DNA of 64,000 bases, taken from NCBI RefSeq assembly GCF_018350175.1, contig NC_058369.1:18416001-18480000 (forward strand). The letters are read 5' to 3'. The stretch is from Felis catus (taxonomy: Eukaryota). Positions 39,999 through 52,388 of this stretch are shown here, piece by piece (the first letter of the stretch is position 1; every line of letters starts with the position of its first letter). A program made the position numbers and the translations under genes. Under the pieces are notes generated by a model, which saw nothing but the letters and a program-made list of their open reading frames with translations, was not told the DNA's origin and did no database searches.

Positions 39999-42779
39999 CT
40001 AGAGACAGACAAAAATTTACTATACCAGAAAAGCTGAGGTTGCAAGTTTCTGCAACTGCTCTCTTATTTATTTATTTTTTTTATGGTTTTCCCACCTGAG
40101 CAATACACAGTCCCCACTCAAAAACACACTCTTAAGAACAAAAGCCGGAATAGGCCCCACATGGCAGACATGGTCTGGCAAAGGTAAAAAAATCCATAAA
40201 CTGAAATGATTTTTGAAAAAATGAATAGGGGCAGCTGGCTGGCTCAGTCAGTGGAGTGTGTGACTCTTGATCTCCAGGTCGTGAGTTCAAGTCCCACGTT
40301 GAGTGTAGAGCTTACTTAAAAATAAATAAATACAAATAATTTATATTTATATTATAATTTATAAATAACTAATGAATAAATAAAAGGAAACGATTGGCTT
40401 CAAAAGGCCTTTTTTAATAAATGTTTATTTATTTATTTACTTATTTATTTGAGCGAGAAAGAGAGAGTGAGCAGGGGAGGAGCAGGGAAAAGAGAGAGAT
40501 TGAGAGATTCCCAAGCTGATTCCACACTGTTAGCACAGAGCCTGATGCAGGGCTCAAACTCACAAACCATGAGATCATGACCTGAGACAAAATCAAGGGT
40601 TGGATGCTTAACTGACTGAACCACCGAAGCACACCTCAAAAGGCTTTTTTAAATGATGTCCTTCTGGGGTGCCTGGGTGGCTCAGTTGGTTAAGCGTCCG
40701 ACTTAGGCTCAGGTCATGATCTCACGGTTCGTGGGTTCAAGCCGTACTTCAAGCTCTCTGCTGAAAGCTCAGAGCCTGGAGCTTGCTTCAGATTCTGTAT
40801 CTCCCTCTCTCTCTGCCCCTCCCCTGCTTGCACTGTCTCAAAAATAAACAAACATTAAAAAGAAAAATATCTACTACTCATTTAACAAACAAATAAATAA
40901 ATAAATAATGTCCTCCTATGAGTAAAATCTTGTTTGCTAATAAGCAAGTCATTAATTTCATAATGATCTTTATAGAGGTCCTTGCCCAAGACAGTTTGGT
41001 TACACTGTTTGACATGTAGAGCATTAAGTTAATTTTCTTTCTGAAAATGCGATAATAACACCACACACTTCAGATTTCCTGTGAGTACCAAAGAAAATAT
41101 TTAAAAAATGTATGTGTTTCGTATCTATAGACATCTAGGCACAGAGAGTTAGCTCCCTGCATATAGAAGGCACTTGATAAATATTTGATTAAGACTAAAA
41201 CATAAAAAGAAAAATATCCCAATCAGTAAAAATCTGTCTTCTGTTTTGTAATCTGACAAAGGGATACTAATCTCTTATCAAATATAGGCATATACATTTT
41301 TTCCCAGACTCAGGCCTTTTTAAGATTCAAAAAAACTTCATTTTAAGTCAAGCAACCAGGCTAATTCATGTCCCCACACTGTTGTAGTTTGTAAAACCAT
41401 ATTAATGTTTGTAACATTTCTAAGAAAAAGGCTTTATTTTAAAACTGTAAATATGGCACTTTGTAATAAAAAAATCAATTCATAACTTTTTTATAAAAGT
41501 TATGTGTTTAAAACAAGTGTGTGTATACATATACATGCATATACAACAGTGTCTAGGTGTGACATATAATAGTTTCTAGTCTCTAGTTATTAAGTTGCTC
41601 TGGTTATATTTAAAAAGTATCACTATGCTGTTGGGGTGTGTGGGTGGCTGTCAGTTAAGCATCTGACTCTTGGTTTAGGCTATCATGATCTCACGGTTCA
41701 TGAGTTCAAACCCCAAGTCCAGCTATGTGTTGACACTGTGGAGCCTGCTTGGGATTGATCCTCTTTCTCCCTCTCTCTCTGCCTCTCCCCTGCTCATATT
41801 CTCTTTCCCTCTCTCTCAAAATAAATAAGCTTAAAAAAAAAAAAAAGTATCACTATGCTGTTTTACAACTAAGAAGGAGGGGGAAATCTCGGGGGGGGGG
41901 GGGAGCACAATTATATTGGTGAGTCCTTTAAGTTTTATAGCCAACAAACCTCAGAGATCAGGCAGCTTCCCAGAGGCCACAAAGATCCATAAATATATCC
42001 AAATCTCTACAATGCTCTTTTCCCTCCAAACCCCTTGAACAGCATCCTCCAAACACTTTTAGTGCGTGTTCTTAGTCTATCTCAAATTTCCTCTGGTTCT
42101 GCTGAGTGTCCTTCATATATCACCCCTATGCAGGATAATTTCCTCTGCTTGCCCTGCATTTCACAGCTTGGCCAGCTGAAGAACACTGTAAAGCCCTATC
42201 TGAACTCCTCCTAATCCCAAGGTTTCCCTTCCCTGCTCAATTCCTCTGTTACTGTAAACGGCATTATCAACACAGCCACAGTTTCTTAAAGGGGGATGTT
42301 CGTTCAATCAAGTTCAATGCAAAGCCAAGCCCTAGCTTTTTACTCTCACACGATAAGACTACCAAGAAATCTAACTAGTCGAAGTATCTTCTCTTCTACT
42401 AAACAATTTAAGAAACCTCTGGTCTCAGACTTGCTCTTCTAAACCCTGAACTTTTAATCTTTTTATCTAGGCTCTAATCTATCCTCCTCTCCCACTCCGA
42501 AATGCTGCCGCCACAATTATTTTTGACATTTGCTACCAAAGTAACCTGGAGCTCTCAAACATTTGTTCAGCTTCTAACCTTGGCACCCGCACGGCAGTTT
42601 ACAAGTTACAAAAGTATCTACTTCTGATCTTCTCAACCCAAAAGGCGGGGGTGCCAAATACTGGTTACCCTGGCTGTAACCGTAAGGAACCAGGGTCTGG
42701 GAGGTGTGGTCGCCTTCGCTCAAGGTCACACTGCAATTCCTCGAAGGTAAAGGGCTCTTCACATCCTGAAGGTCCCCGT

Positions 42780-43560
42780 GAGCACCCCCCCCCTTCCCCG
42801 CATCCTGCAGCCCTCGCCCCCACCGGGTCCACTGTCTGGGGCTCTGAATGGGCCGGGACGACCTTTACTCTTTCCCAGAGGTGATCCTACTTTCCTCTCC
42901 TGAGGGACAGGGCTCAGGACACCCTGCAAGGGTCACTAACATCGCCCCCGCCCGGCCCCTACCCAAGCCGGGAAAGAGGGGTCCGGCCTTAGGGCCAGAG
43001 CCCCTGCCCCTGGCCTTGAGGGCGGCACGGCGGGCCTGGCGCTCACCACTGCGCCCCTCGTTGGAGCGTGGTCCTCATCAAGGCCCCGAGCTCCGATTTC
43101 TGGGTCTCCGCATCCGGTCGCTCACGGCAGCCTCCACCTTCCGCCATCTCGTCCGCGGCCCCGGCCCAGCCGGCCCGGACATCCGCCTCGCGCACGGCGT
43201 GCTGTGGACCGCGCCCACGCACGCATGCACGCACGCACGCACACGCGCGCGCGGCCTAACCCCACCTCGGGCCGCGGCCTCGACTACCCGCTGGCCTTTG
43301 CCTCTTCGGCCCGCCTCTCCGGCCCGCCTCTCACGCGCAGCTCCACTCCCACTGAAGCGCGGCGGAGCCGGGAGGAGGCCGGAAGAGGAGGCGGGCGGAG
43401 GGAAACTAGCTGAGCTTTTCTTCCGCCCTGCGGGCAGCTCCGCGGGATGCCTGTTCCGCACCCCTTTCTCTGTCTTGCCCGGCCATCTCTAGCTGACTGA
43501 CGGAAGACACTCCCTCCCCCACCCCGGGCACACCACCAGGGCCTGCGCTGTTAGCCTGCT
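42780..43560. promoter_or_regulatory. USP4 CpG-island promoter
   Basis: GC- and CpG-rich stretch over exon 1; GC boxes, CCGGAAG ETS-type motif at ~43379, (GCAC)n/GCGC NRF1-like tract at 43218-43252; no TATA box seen. Confidence 0.85.
43047..43147 (-). CDS. USP4: USP4 exon 1 (coding part)
   Basis: ATG in strong context (GAGATGG); [33 protein letters not shown](W); donor GTGAG; inside a CpG island. Confidence 0.97.
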
Positions 43561-44594
43561 CCTAGCTTTTCTTGCTTTCCGCTGGACACCTTAGGCCAGT
43601 CCTTAGCCGCCCAGACTTGGGATCGGGGTCCCTGCCCTGGAGACCCAAAAGGGATTTGGGGAGTGCCGGGTGCACCAGCGCCTTGGGACCAGGACTCAAA
43701 GGTGTGGTGTAGTCATGAACACTCGTCTCAAACAATCTAGATGCCAGAATCGTGGCCCACAACGGAATTCCCCAAGCCCTCCTCACTGAGCTAGTCAGGG
43801 AGACAAGCAGCCGCTGAGGGGCGATAGCAACTGGGGGAAGCAGAGGTCCAGATGTGTTCTCCACATTAGGTGCCCAAGCTGTTTCTTAGTTTTTTGCTGC
43901 AACAAGAAGCATTGTCCTGAACACTATGTTTTCCACTCGACCCTGCATACAAAAAGTACAGCCCTCCTCATAGAGTGGGAAGTAAGCCCGCGAGGAAGCC
44001 AGGCAGCTGGTGTCGAGCAGTTCTGTCCTCCAAAATAAGACACAGTGCCTGACTTCATACAATCTACTGGAGAACAGATCTTACACAGACCCAGCGTCAC
44101 AATGTGTGTGGTAAGTGCCATTAAGGAGTATGAATAAAAAAAGGGGGGGGGGGGGATATGAACCAAAGACTGTAGAACCCTGAGCTGTGAAAGGCAGTCT
44201 TTGGCTTGTGTAACATTTGAGTGTGGTCTTAAGCATAGAAATGATGGTGCATGTTACAGGAAGTGAAACTACAGGAGTCAATTTCTGGAACACGCAGGGC
44301 AGTATCAAAGAGTGAGGATTAGACCAATGAAGCTGGAAAGAACCTTCAATCTAAAGCTAAAACAGAGGCCAGAAGGGCCACATGCTCTGCCTTAAATGGC
44401 CCACAGATATTATAAAAGGTTTCAGAGCAGAGACGAAATAGCAGCCCAGAGAACTGTTAAGAACCTTTCACTGTAGAGATGGCAATGAGGGAGGAGAGGA
44501 GAAACAGATGAGCCTTGTTTAGTGTTGGGGATCGAGGAGGGAGCACAGGCTTGGTGAAGGTGTGGTAAGTCCTTTGAACAGATATAGTATTTTT

Positions 44595-44827
44595 TTTTTA
44601 TTTAAAAAAAATTTTTTTTTTCAACGTTTTTTATTTATTTTTGGGACAGAGAGAGACAGAGCATGAACGGGGGAGGGGCAGAGAGAGAGGGAGACACAGA
44701 ATCGGAAACAGGCTCCAGGCTCTGAGCCATCAGCCCAGAGCCCGACGCGGGGCTCGAACTCACGGACCGCGAGATCGTGACCTGGCTGAAGTCGGACGCT
44801 TAACCGACTGCGCCACCCAGGCGCCCC
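44595..44827 (-). mobile_element. Young felid-type CAN-SINE
   Basis: CpG-intact; TSD CAGATATAGTATTTTT. Confidence 0.95.
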
Positions 44828-45523
44828 CAGATATAGTATTTTTATGTTGGGTTTTGGCTAATTGAAATTAGCATGAATTCAATTTGCACTAGCTGGGACA
44901 GCTTTCACGTATCATCTGGTAACACAGGCCTCTTGGCAGTTGGGTAGATAGGAGGGGAAAGTAAATTTGGAATTAAAACCGCCTTGAATAACCACATAGC
45001 AGTTAATCCCCTGCAGATAAGAGTTACCACGACATGATAATTCTACATCTGGGAGTCAACCCTGACAACCTTGAGTGCCCTCCTGTGAAAGTTCTTTGAA
45101 ATTGTTAAAAATGTTGTTTTTGGAACAACTGTTATTTATGGAAAAAGAAAGTTGGGTTATCAGAACCTACACTAGAGGGTGTCTGCTTCTCTCTTCTTTT
45201 TTTAGCAGTTTCTCCTGTACCATTTATGGTCTGGGTCAGAGTCTTAAGGAAGTAGGATAAGTCCTCAGCACCACTAGAAAAGGGGACAAAACCTAATTAT
45301 AAATATGAAAACTTTGGAAAACCTTTTTAAGGCAGGATCTCTTCAGTGCTATTAAATGGCTGTAAAAACCACACACTAATTATGGATGGTTCCTTATACT
45401 AAGATTATAAAATGCTAATAGTTAAAATGCAAGGAATAAAGTGAAACTTCACAGTCAGAAAATCATTATCTCCAAAGTTATTAAATGTTTTTAGTGAGTT
45501 TGATTAAAATGTTAAAGATTGAA

Positions 45524-45930
45524 GGGGCACCTGGGTGGTTCAGTCGGTTAAGCATCCAACTTCAGCTCAGGTCATGATCTCATGGTTGGTGGGTTCAAGC
45601 CCTACATCGGGCTCCGTGCTGACAGCTTGGAGCCTGGAGCCTGCTTTGGATTCTATGTCTCCCTCTCTTTCTGCCTCTCTCTCAAAAATAAATAAACATT
45701 TGGGGTGCCTGGGTGGCGCAGTCGGTTAAGCGTCCGACTTCAGCCAGGTCACGATCTCGCGGTCCGTGAGTTCGAGCCCCGCGTCAGGCTCTGGGCTGAT
45801 GGCTCGGAGCCTGGAGCCTGTTTCCGATTCTGTGTCTCCCTCTCTCTCTGCCCCTCCCCCGTTCATGCTCTGCCTCTCTTTGTCCGAAAAATAAATAAAT
45901 GTTTAAAAAATAAATAAATAAACATTTAAA
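45524..45930 (+). mobile_element. Two tandem CAN-SINEs (young copy from 45702 in the tail of an older one)
   Basis: TSD AAAATAAATAAACATTT. Confidence 0.92.
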
Positions 45931-46496
45931 AAATTAAAACATTTTTTTCTTTAATTAAAATGTTAAAAATTGTGAACTGGAAACTATCAACATCTGCCCA
46001 TGTGCTCCTGCTGTTGTGGGTGACCTGTGGATTTGGTAGGAAGTGCATGATTCAGCTCAGGAGACACCCAGGCACCAGAGCCGTGTTCTCTGTTGGGTCT
46101 CTTACCCTAGGGAGAGGTTTAGGCCTAGTAAGGCACTCACTTGGCCTCATAACCAAATCCCAGAACTGAAGAACCCACCCATTGCCATGGAAGCTTGGAC
46201 TACAAGAATAGGAAGGCAAGCAGGAAGTCAGCTAGAGGGAACAAACAGGCTTATATTGGACTGTGATGATCCAACTGAGAGTTTGTAATGTCTGAGTGTG
46301 CGAACTTCAAGCTTTATCTGATTCCAAATCAAAAAGTTCTTGCCTTGGCTGGCAGTATGGCTTGCTCTACACCTCACTGCAGTTGGCCCTTCCAGCTTAG
46401 ACTTGGTCCACACTTGGCCAGCAATGACAGAGACGTGTGGCAGTATTCACAAATAAATTGGGCAGCTTTTGGTTACAGGTATCTTCGGGGAGAAAT

Positions 46497-46590
46497 ACAT
46501 ACATATATGTATGTATATGTGTTGTTCAACTTAGTATATGTATACACACACACACACACACATATATTATATATATATACACATATGTGT
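46497..46590. repeat. (TA)/(CA) microsatellite tract
   Basis: ACATATATGTATG...(CA)n(TA)n. Confidence 0.8.
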
Positions 46591-49500
46591 TGTCTAAGTT
46601 AGTATATGTAGATATTTACCGTTTACTTATTTTTGAGAGACAGAGCACAAGCAGGGCAGGGGCAGAGAGAGAGAGGGAGACAGAATCTGAAGCAGGCTCC
46701 AGGCTGAGCTGTCAGCACAGAGCCCGATGTGGGGCTCCAACTAACAAACTGTGAGATAATGACCTGAGCCAAAGTCGGACACTTAACCCACTGAGCCACC
46801 CCCGTGCCCTGGGAGAAATATTTTTGTTTCCTTCTTGTCTGTGTTTATTTAACCTGTCCAGAGGACTGTGAAACAATAAAAGATTCTACAAATACATTTT
46901 AGAAGAACTAAATACCTTATTAGTGACATTATAACCTCTGTTATAGAAGGATTATATTACTGGGGAAGGTGACAGAGGCAAAGACCTGAAGGAATCTCAG
47001 AGAGGAACTAGGAATCACCTTTCCTACATTGAAGACTCATGCTATTGGATGGATTCCATTCTGGTTGTGCCACTATTGGTGACCAGCCCTGATTGGGCAT
47101 GGAGGGTATGGCACCCTGAGCCCAGGTGTGGCCAGTGTCCTCTCTTCCTCCTCTAATTCTTTTTTTTTTTTTTAAAGTAGGTTCCACACTCAACGTGGGG
47201 CTTGAATTGAGGACCCTGAGATCAAGAGTCAGATGCCCTACCAACTGAGCCAGTCAGGCCTGCCTCTTCCTCCTCTATTACCATTGATGTCTTAGCCATA
47301 CACAAGTATTTAGCTGTTAATTGTGTTGTTTGCCCTTTATACAGAGCAAATTCTCAATAGGCATTTCTTGGATGAAATGAATGGAAGAATATCAGATACA
47401 GCCATTTTTTACATTTCACTAATAATCTATTACATACAAGTACTCACAGCCCCTACCCTCCAGGGGTTCACAGCCAGCATGGTTGGGGAAGATGTTTTCA
47501 CATGCAATTACACTTTGTGTGTTGTGTGACAAAGTGCTCCAGGAACATGGAGGGTGATGGTACAGGCACATTGCTGGGAAGGAAAACTAAACAACTAGTA
47601 TAGATAGGGAACCAAGTCATGCTGACATTTCCCTTGGCCTATGGGCACGTATGATGAGTCTGCAAGGGATGCTCAGGGGACCAGGGTTCCTTTAGATTCA
47701 CCCACATATGTACACAGGCATAGTTACATTCTGGGGACAGAGGAGGCTGGGGTAACAGGTGCTTCCTCTGCAGGGAGACTTGGATTGCTTCCATTTGCCT
47801 CCCTGTGGAGCTAGGTGGCCTGTAGGACTCTTCAGCACCACCCAAGGTGGGCTACACATTCTCCTGGCTACTGCTTGGACTTTAGGCATTTGGATGACGT
47901 GGGAGTGTCTTGTGGTCTCATACTCTGGCCTATGTGGCTGCAACTAATACTAGGACTGGGGGCGGGGGCACTGGAGATGGGGTGTCTGTCTGTGAGATGA
48001 ATAATGGAAAGGCTGCTGGGCTTCTGCTTAGCACATCACTGTTATGTCAGTCTTAGCTCTGAATGCAGCTAGAATACCCATCAGCAAGCTGCCTACCTAG
48101 TTGATGATCTTAGTTTTGCTTTCTCACATGACAGATCTGGAGTTCAGTTCTTGGGGAGGTCAAAGCTGAAGGATCTCGGGGCTCAGAGTTTGCTTCTCTA
48201 TTACTCCCAGGGGTAGGGGCTGGGCCCGTGAGCCCTTACTCCTTAGGCTAGAACTCCTATTTGTGCTCCCAGCTCCCAATTCAGTAGTTACTGATGCAAA
48301 GCATGTATCTGGTAACTTGTGTGACTAGCTGGAGCTAGTCTATTTGCTCTTCTAGCCTATTTGGTGATTGTAATATAATAAAAATTTGCCAAGTTCAGGG
48401 TTCTTTGGCAGGGATCACTGTCCATTCTTTATAGGTCCATGCTGGGTTCTCTTAGGGAAATCTTTAGGGAGTGTTTTTACTTAGTATTATCCAAAAATTT
48501 AAGCTTAAGAGATTTATTGAACTGATAGGGACAGGAATGTTTCTCTGAAAATAAACTTGTTTTACTTACTCATTTTTTTTATTTTTAATAAAAATTTTTC
48601 TTTAATATTTATTTTTGAGACAGAGAGAGACAGAGTGCAAGTGGGGGAGGGGCAGAGAGAGAGGGAGACTCAGAATCTGAAGCAGGCTCCAGGCTCTGAG
48701 CTGTCAGCACAGAGCCTGATGCAGGGCTTGAACTCACGAGCCATGAGATCATGACCTGAGCCAAAGTCAGACGCTTAACTAACTGAGCCACCCAGGTGCC
48801 CATATTTTAAATTTTTAAAAAGAAGCTAGTTTTTGGGTGCCTGGGTGGCTCAGTCGGCTAAGTGACTTCAGCTCAGGTCATGATCTTGCGATTCATGAAT
48901 TAGAGCCCCATGTACTGATATTAGAGCCCCAAGCCCCATGCAGAGCTTGCTTGGAATTCTCTTTCTTCTCTCTCTCTCTGCCCCTGTCCCCCACTCCAAG
49001 AAATAATTTTTTAAAAAATGCCTTAAAAATAAATTAAGCTAGTATTAAATGTTGTTTGTGGAACTACATTGAGACAGAATGAGGAAGTCATCTCATAAAG
49101 GGCTAAATGCAAGAAGTGTCTAACTGAATTTTATCAGATTTTTTTTCAATTTTATTGTTTTTTTTTTTTTTAATGTTTATTTAGAGAGAGAGGGTGTGCA
49201 CAAACAGGGGAGGGGCAGAAAGAGAGAAGGACTCATAGAATCTGAAGCAGGCTCCAGGCTCTGAATTGTCAGCACAGAGCCCAACATGGGGCTTGAACCC
49301 AGGAACTGTGAGCTCATGACCTGAGCCGAAGTCAGACACTTAAAAGACTGAGCCACCCAGGTGCCCCACCCCTCAGTTTTACTGAGGTTTAATTGACCAA
49401 TAAAATTGTAAAATATTTAAGGTGTACATCATGGTGGCTTGATGTACATCTATATAAGCTTATCAGATTTAATGCTTTAAAAACAAAACCAAACCAAACC

Positions 49501-51849
49501 AATATTTCTGGGAAAACTGCTAAAATGGAAACTTCTGAATTTGAGTAACAGCAGGGTCCATTCCCTTCTCAAAAGGTCTGTGGCCTAAATGCTATTGCCT
49601 GCTCCCAGATCAATGTTCTGCAGCCATTTTAACTAAAGGCTAGGACCTCAGGAAGGCTCACTGGGATTCCTTCGCTTACTTTTACTTGTTCTTTTAAGCT
49701 GCTGATTCATGACAGGGTGGGGTGGGTGTAGGTCAGAGCCAGTAGCGGTTTCATGGTCGAATGATAAGGAATGTGTATGTGTAGGAGTGTGTGTTTCTGT
49801 GTGTTGGGGGGAAGATGTCTGGTTTCTTGGGGAGGAAGAGGTGGTGTTAACTGGCTTTATTCTGATTCTTCCTGAAGGAGAGAGTTGGAAAGGATTTTCA
49901 ATTATGGGAGGCAGGCAGCTTGAAGTCCTAGGAGGATATGCCAGCCAGGGTCAGCCACACTGAGAGCTCATAAATTCCCATCCTTGGCAGCCCTAGGCAT
50001 AAACTGAGAGGGAAAAAAAAGTGGGCAAGTAGGAGTGAGTCACCAGGCAGCTTGGGGGGAAGAGGTTGAAGTCAGGGCAGAAAGCCCTGGGTTCTCATCT
50101 AGGAGCCAACCAGAGAACGTGGCCTGGGCCACACTGACCAACCCTTTACAGGAAAGGGGAGAGTTGGAGCAGAAAGTCTGTGCTCAGATCCAACTTACAG
50201 GTAGCTGAGTAGGACTTAAAGGTCCTAAGTCCCCAGACTTTCCAAAGCAGTTATCTCTGGATGTGGGCCATGGAACATGGTGATTCTTGGGGAAGGGGGG
50301 CTCTATGTTTAGCTCCTAGAACAGGACCTGGCCTATCTTGGGCACTTGGTTATCTGGCTTCAGCTCCTGCTCTCCCCCTGAAACTGTACTTGATGAGGAA
50401 TAGTCAATCCATAATCACTTGCCCCAGTAACCATTCTTCATGAAATATCCCTTCTCATGGCTCCTTGACTCCATCCTTGTTCTCCCAGCTTGCCTGTTAC
50501 CTGACCCAGGGTTTTGAATCCAGACCTCAGGCCTAGCCCCCACTGCCTGACTTTTTTCTTGCTACTGTCCCCAGGTGATCTCATACTCTCTGATGGCTAT
50601 TTACTGTCCCCTTGGCTAGACCTTTGTTTCCAAGCCATACTGCTTTTCTAAGCCTCTTGTAACCACCTGCTCCAGATACTCCATCTGCATGTCTCATGCA
50701 AGATGTCTGAATATGAACACTCTCCTCCCCAAACTTCCTTGCCCTTGTGTTGTCCAACTTAGTCAGTGATGCCACCTTTCCACCTCAGACTCTTGCACAC
50801 CGTCCTCCCTGCCTGTCCACCCTACATCAGCTCATTCCTCAGCTGACTGCTTCTTGACCTTTTCAGCTTCACACTCATTTCCTCCAGGAGGGAAGCATGA
50901 TCCCCCCTAACGGGCCTGGCTCTCCTGTTCTCAAAGTACCCTGTACTACCTCAGAGCTTTTAGTAATTCTATACTGTCTCTTTCTGACTTCCTGAGGACT
51001 GCATTCCTGAAAGCTAACAGAACACATGGCCTAGGACTGAATGATGAGCCCACATTCTGGACTGGGTGACCCTGCTAACATGTTTCTGCATCTTTGTCTA
51101 TCCAAGGAGAGCCTGCATCCAAGCCCTACAGAATCCCCTGTACTGGTGATAGGATGTGCTCCAGATCGGTCTCAAAAGATTGACAAGCAGAGCCAACAGA
51201 TGGGAGAGATTAGACCCAAACCACACCTGAGAAGCAGCAGCTGGCCTGTGAGATAAGCCCCTACCCTGAGCCTGACCAAGGACACAATTCCAACTGTTAA
51301 GTACCATGCAGCACATGGTCAGAAGGGCCAGTTGTACACTCTTTTCTCACTCTGAATACAGGAGAGGTAACAACCAGTAAAGGCAGCATCAAAGCAGACA
51401 TAAATAAGCCTGGGTTGCAATATGCAAAGATCTGACAAAGTAATGGAAAAGAACGGTGTAAAAGTGCATGGGCTTACAACTGTGTAAAATGGGTGGGCCT
51501 GACACTTGAGACAGGCCACAAATTCTGAATGTGAGTGTGAATCCAGTGTTTTTTTTTTTTGTTTTTTTTTTTTTGCAAATGTCATTTCATGCCTAGCAAA
51601 TACTTACAAGGAGAGGCCCTACTGAATATCCTGGCAGAGGGAAAAACACTGGGACAGGAGTCAGGCTTCCTACACAGGAAAGAGTGGATTACACACACTG
51701 CAAATAAAAGCATAGGAAATTCAGGCTTGGCTAAAACAAAGGCCAAAGGAGTGAAGGCTTAAGCTCACAGCCCTATGACAATGAGATTACTAGGGAAGGT
51801 GTCCCCAACTAACAAAGGACATACACTCAGTTCTGCTCATATCTAACAC

Positions 51850-51855
51850 TTTATT
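51850..51855 (-). terminator. GPX1 polyadenylation signal AATAAA
   Basis: TTTATT on the + strand about 55 nt past the SECIS, followed on the minus strand by GU-rich sequence. Confidence 0.85.
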
Positions 51856-51910
51856 AGTGAAAAGCCTTGGTTTGGGGAGGGAGTGCTGGGATGGATAAGC
51901 GCCCAACTCA

Positions 51911-51981
51911 GGGGATTCTTCTGGAAATCAGGCGTTCCTCTATGCAAATTTCGAGGAAACGCCATCATGGATGAAATCCCC
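51911..51981 (-). promoter_or_regulatory. SECIS element (type I) in the GPX1 3'UTR
   Basis: Minus strand reads GGGGAUUUCAUCC-AUGAU-GGCGUUUCCUC-GAAAUUUGCAUA-GAGGAACGCC-UGAU-UUCCAGAAGAAUCCCC: helix I, AUGA/UGAU non-Watson-Crick core, helix II and apical AAA. Confidence 0.95.
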
Positions 51982-52028
51982 AGAGGGCAGTGCTGTGGCT
52001 GCCAAGCAGCAGGGATAGGAAGGTTGCC

Positions 52029-52388
52029 CTAGGCACAGCTGGGCCCCTGGGACAGCAGGGCTTCGATGTCAGGCTCAATGTCGATGGTTGGAAAGCGGCG
52101 GCTGTACCTGCGCACAGGAACACCATCTGGGCCCACCAGGAACTTCTCAAAGTTCCAGGCGACGTCGTTGCGACACACTGGAGACCAGGTGATGAACTTC
52201 GGGTCGGTCATGAGCGCAGTGGCGTCGTCACTGGGGGCAGGCAGAGCTTGGCGCAGGAAGGCGAAGAGGGGGTGCGCCTGCGCGCCATTTACCTCGCACT
52301 TCTCAAAAAGCGTGAAGTTGGGCTCGAACCCGCCGCCAGGTCGGACGTACTTCAGGGAATTCAGGATCTCTTCGTTTTTAGCGTTCTC
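52029..52388 (-). CDS. GPX1: Glutathione peroxidase 1 exon 2
   Basis: [35 protein letters not shown]...[17 protein letters not shown]...[12 protein letters not shown]; 206 aa in total; 236-nt intron. Confidence 0.98.

Larger units (their letters stand above)
35086..41846. mobile_element. Dispersed CAN-SINEs in USP4 introns 1-2 (near 35086, 35338, 36606, 37028, 38124, 38356, 38700, 39621, 40228, 40410, 40666, 41633)
   Basis: Each shows the SINE head or its reverse complement; most also show a CT/AG tract and A/T tail; the span also contains unique sequence and exon 2. Confidence 0.85.

Noticed and set aside
43148..43234. In-frame GTG N-terminal extension of USP4 (and a similar TTG at 52915 for GPX1)
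   Set aside because: Near-cognate starts called by the ORF finder, possibly upstream of the TSS; the downstream ATGs match the known N-termini
42848..43492. 214-aa + strand ORF across the USP4 promoter
   Set aside because: Pro/Arg/Ala-rich product with no recognisable domain, as expected from a stop-poor CpG island; antisense to exon 1
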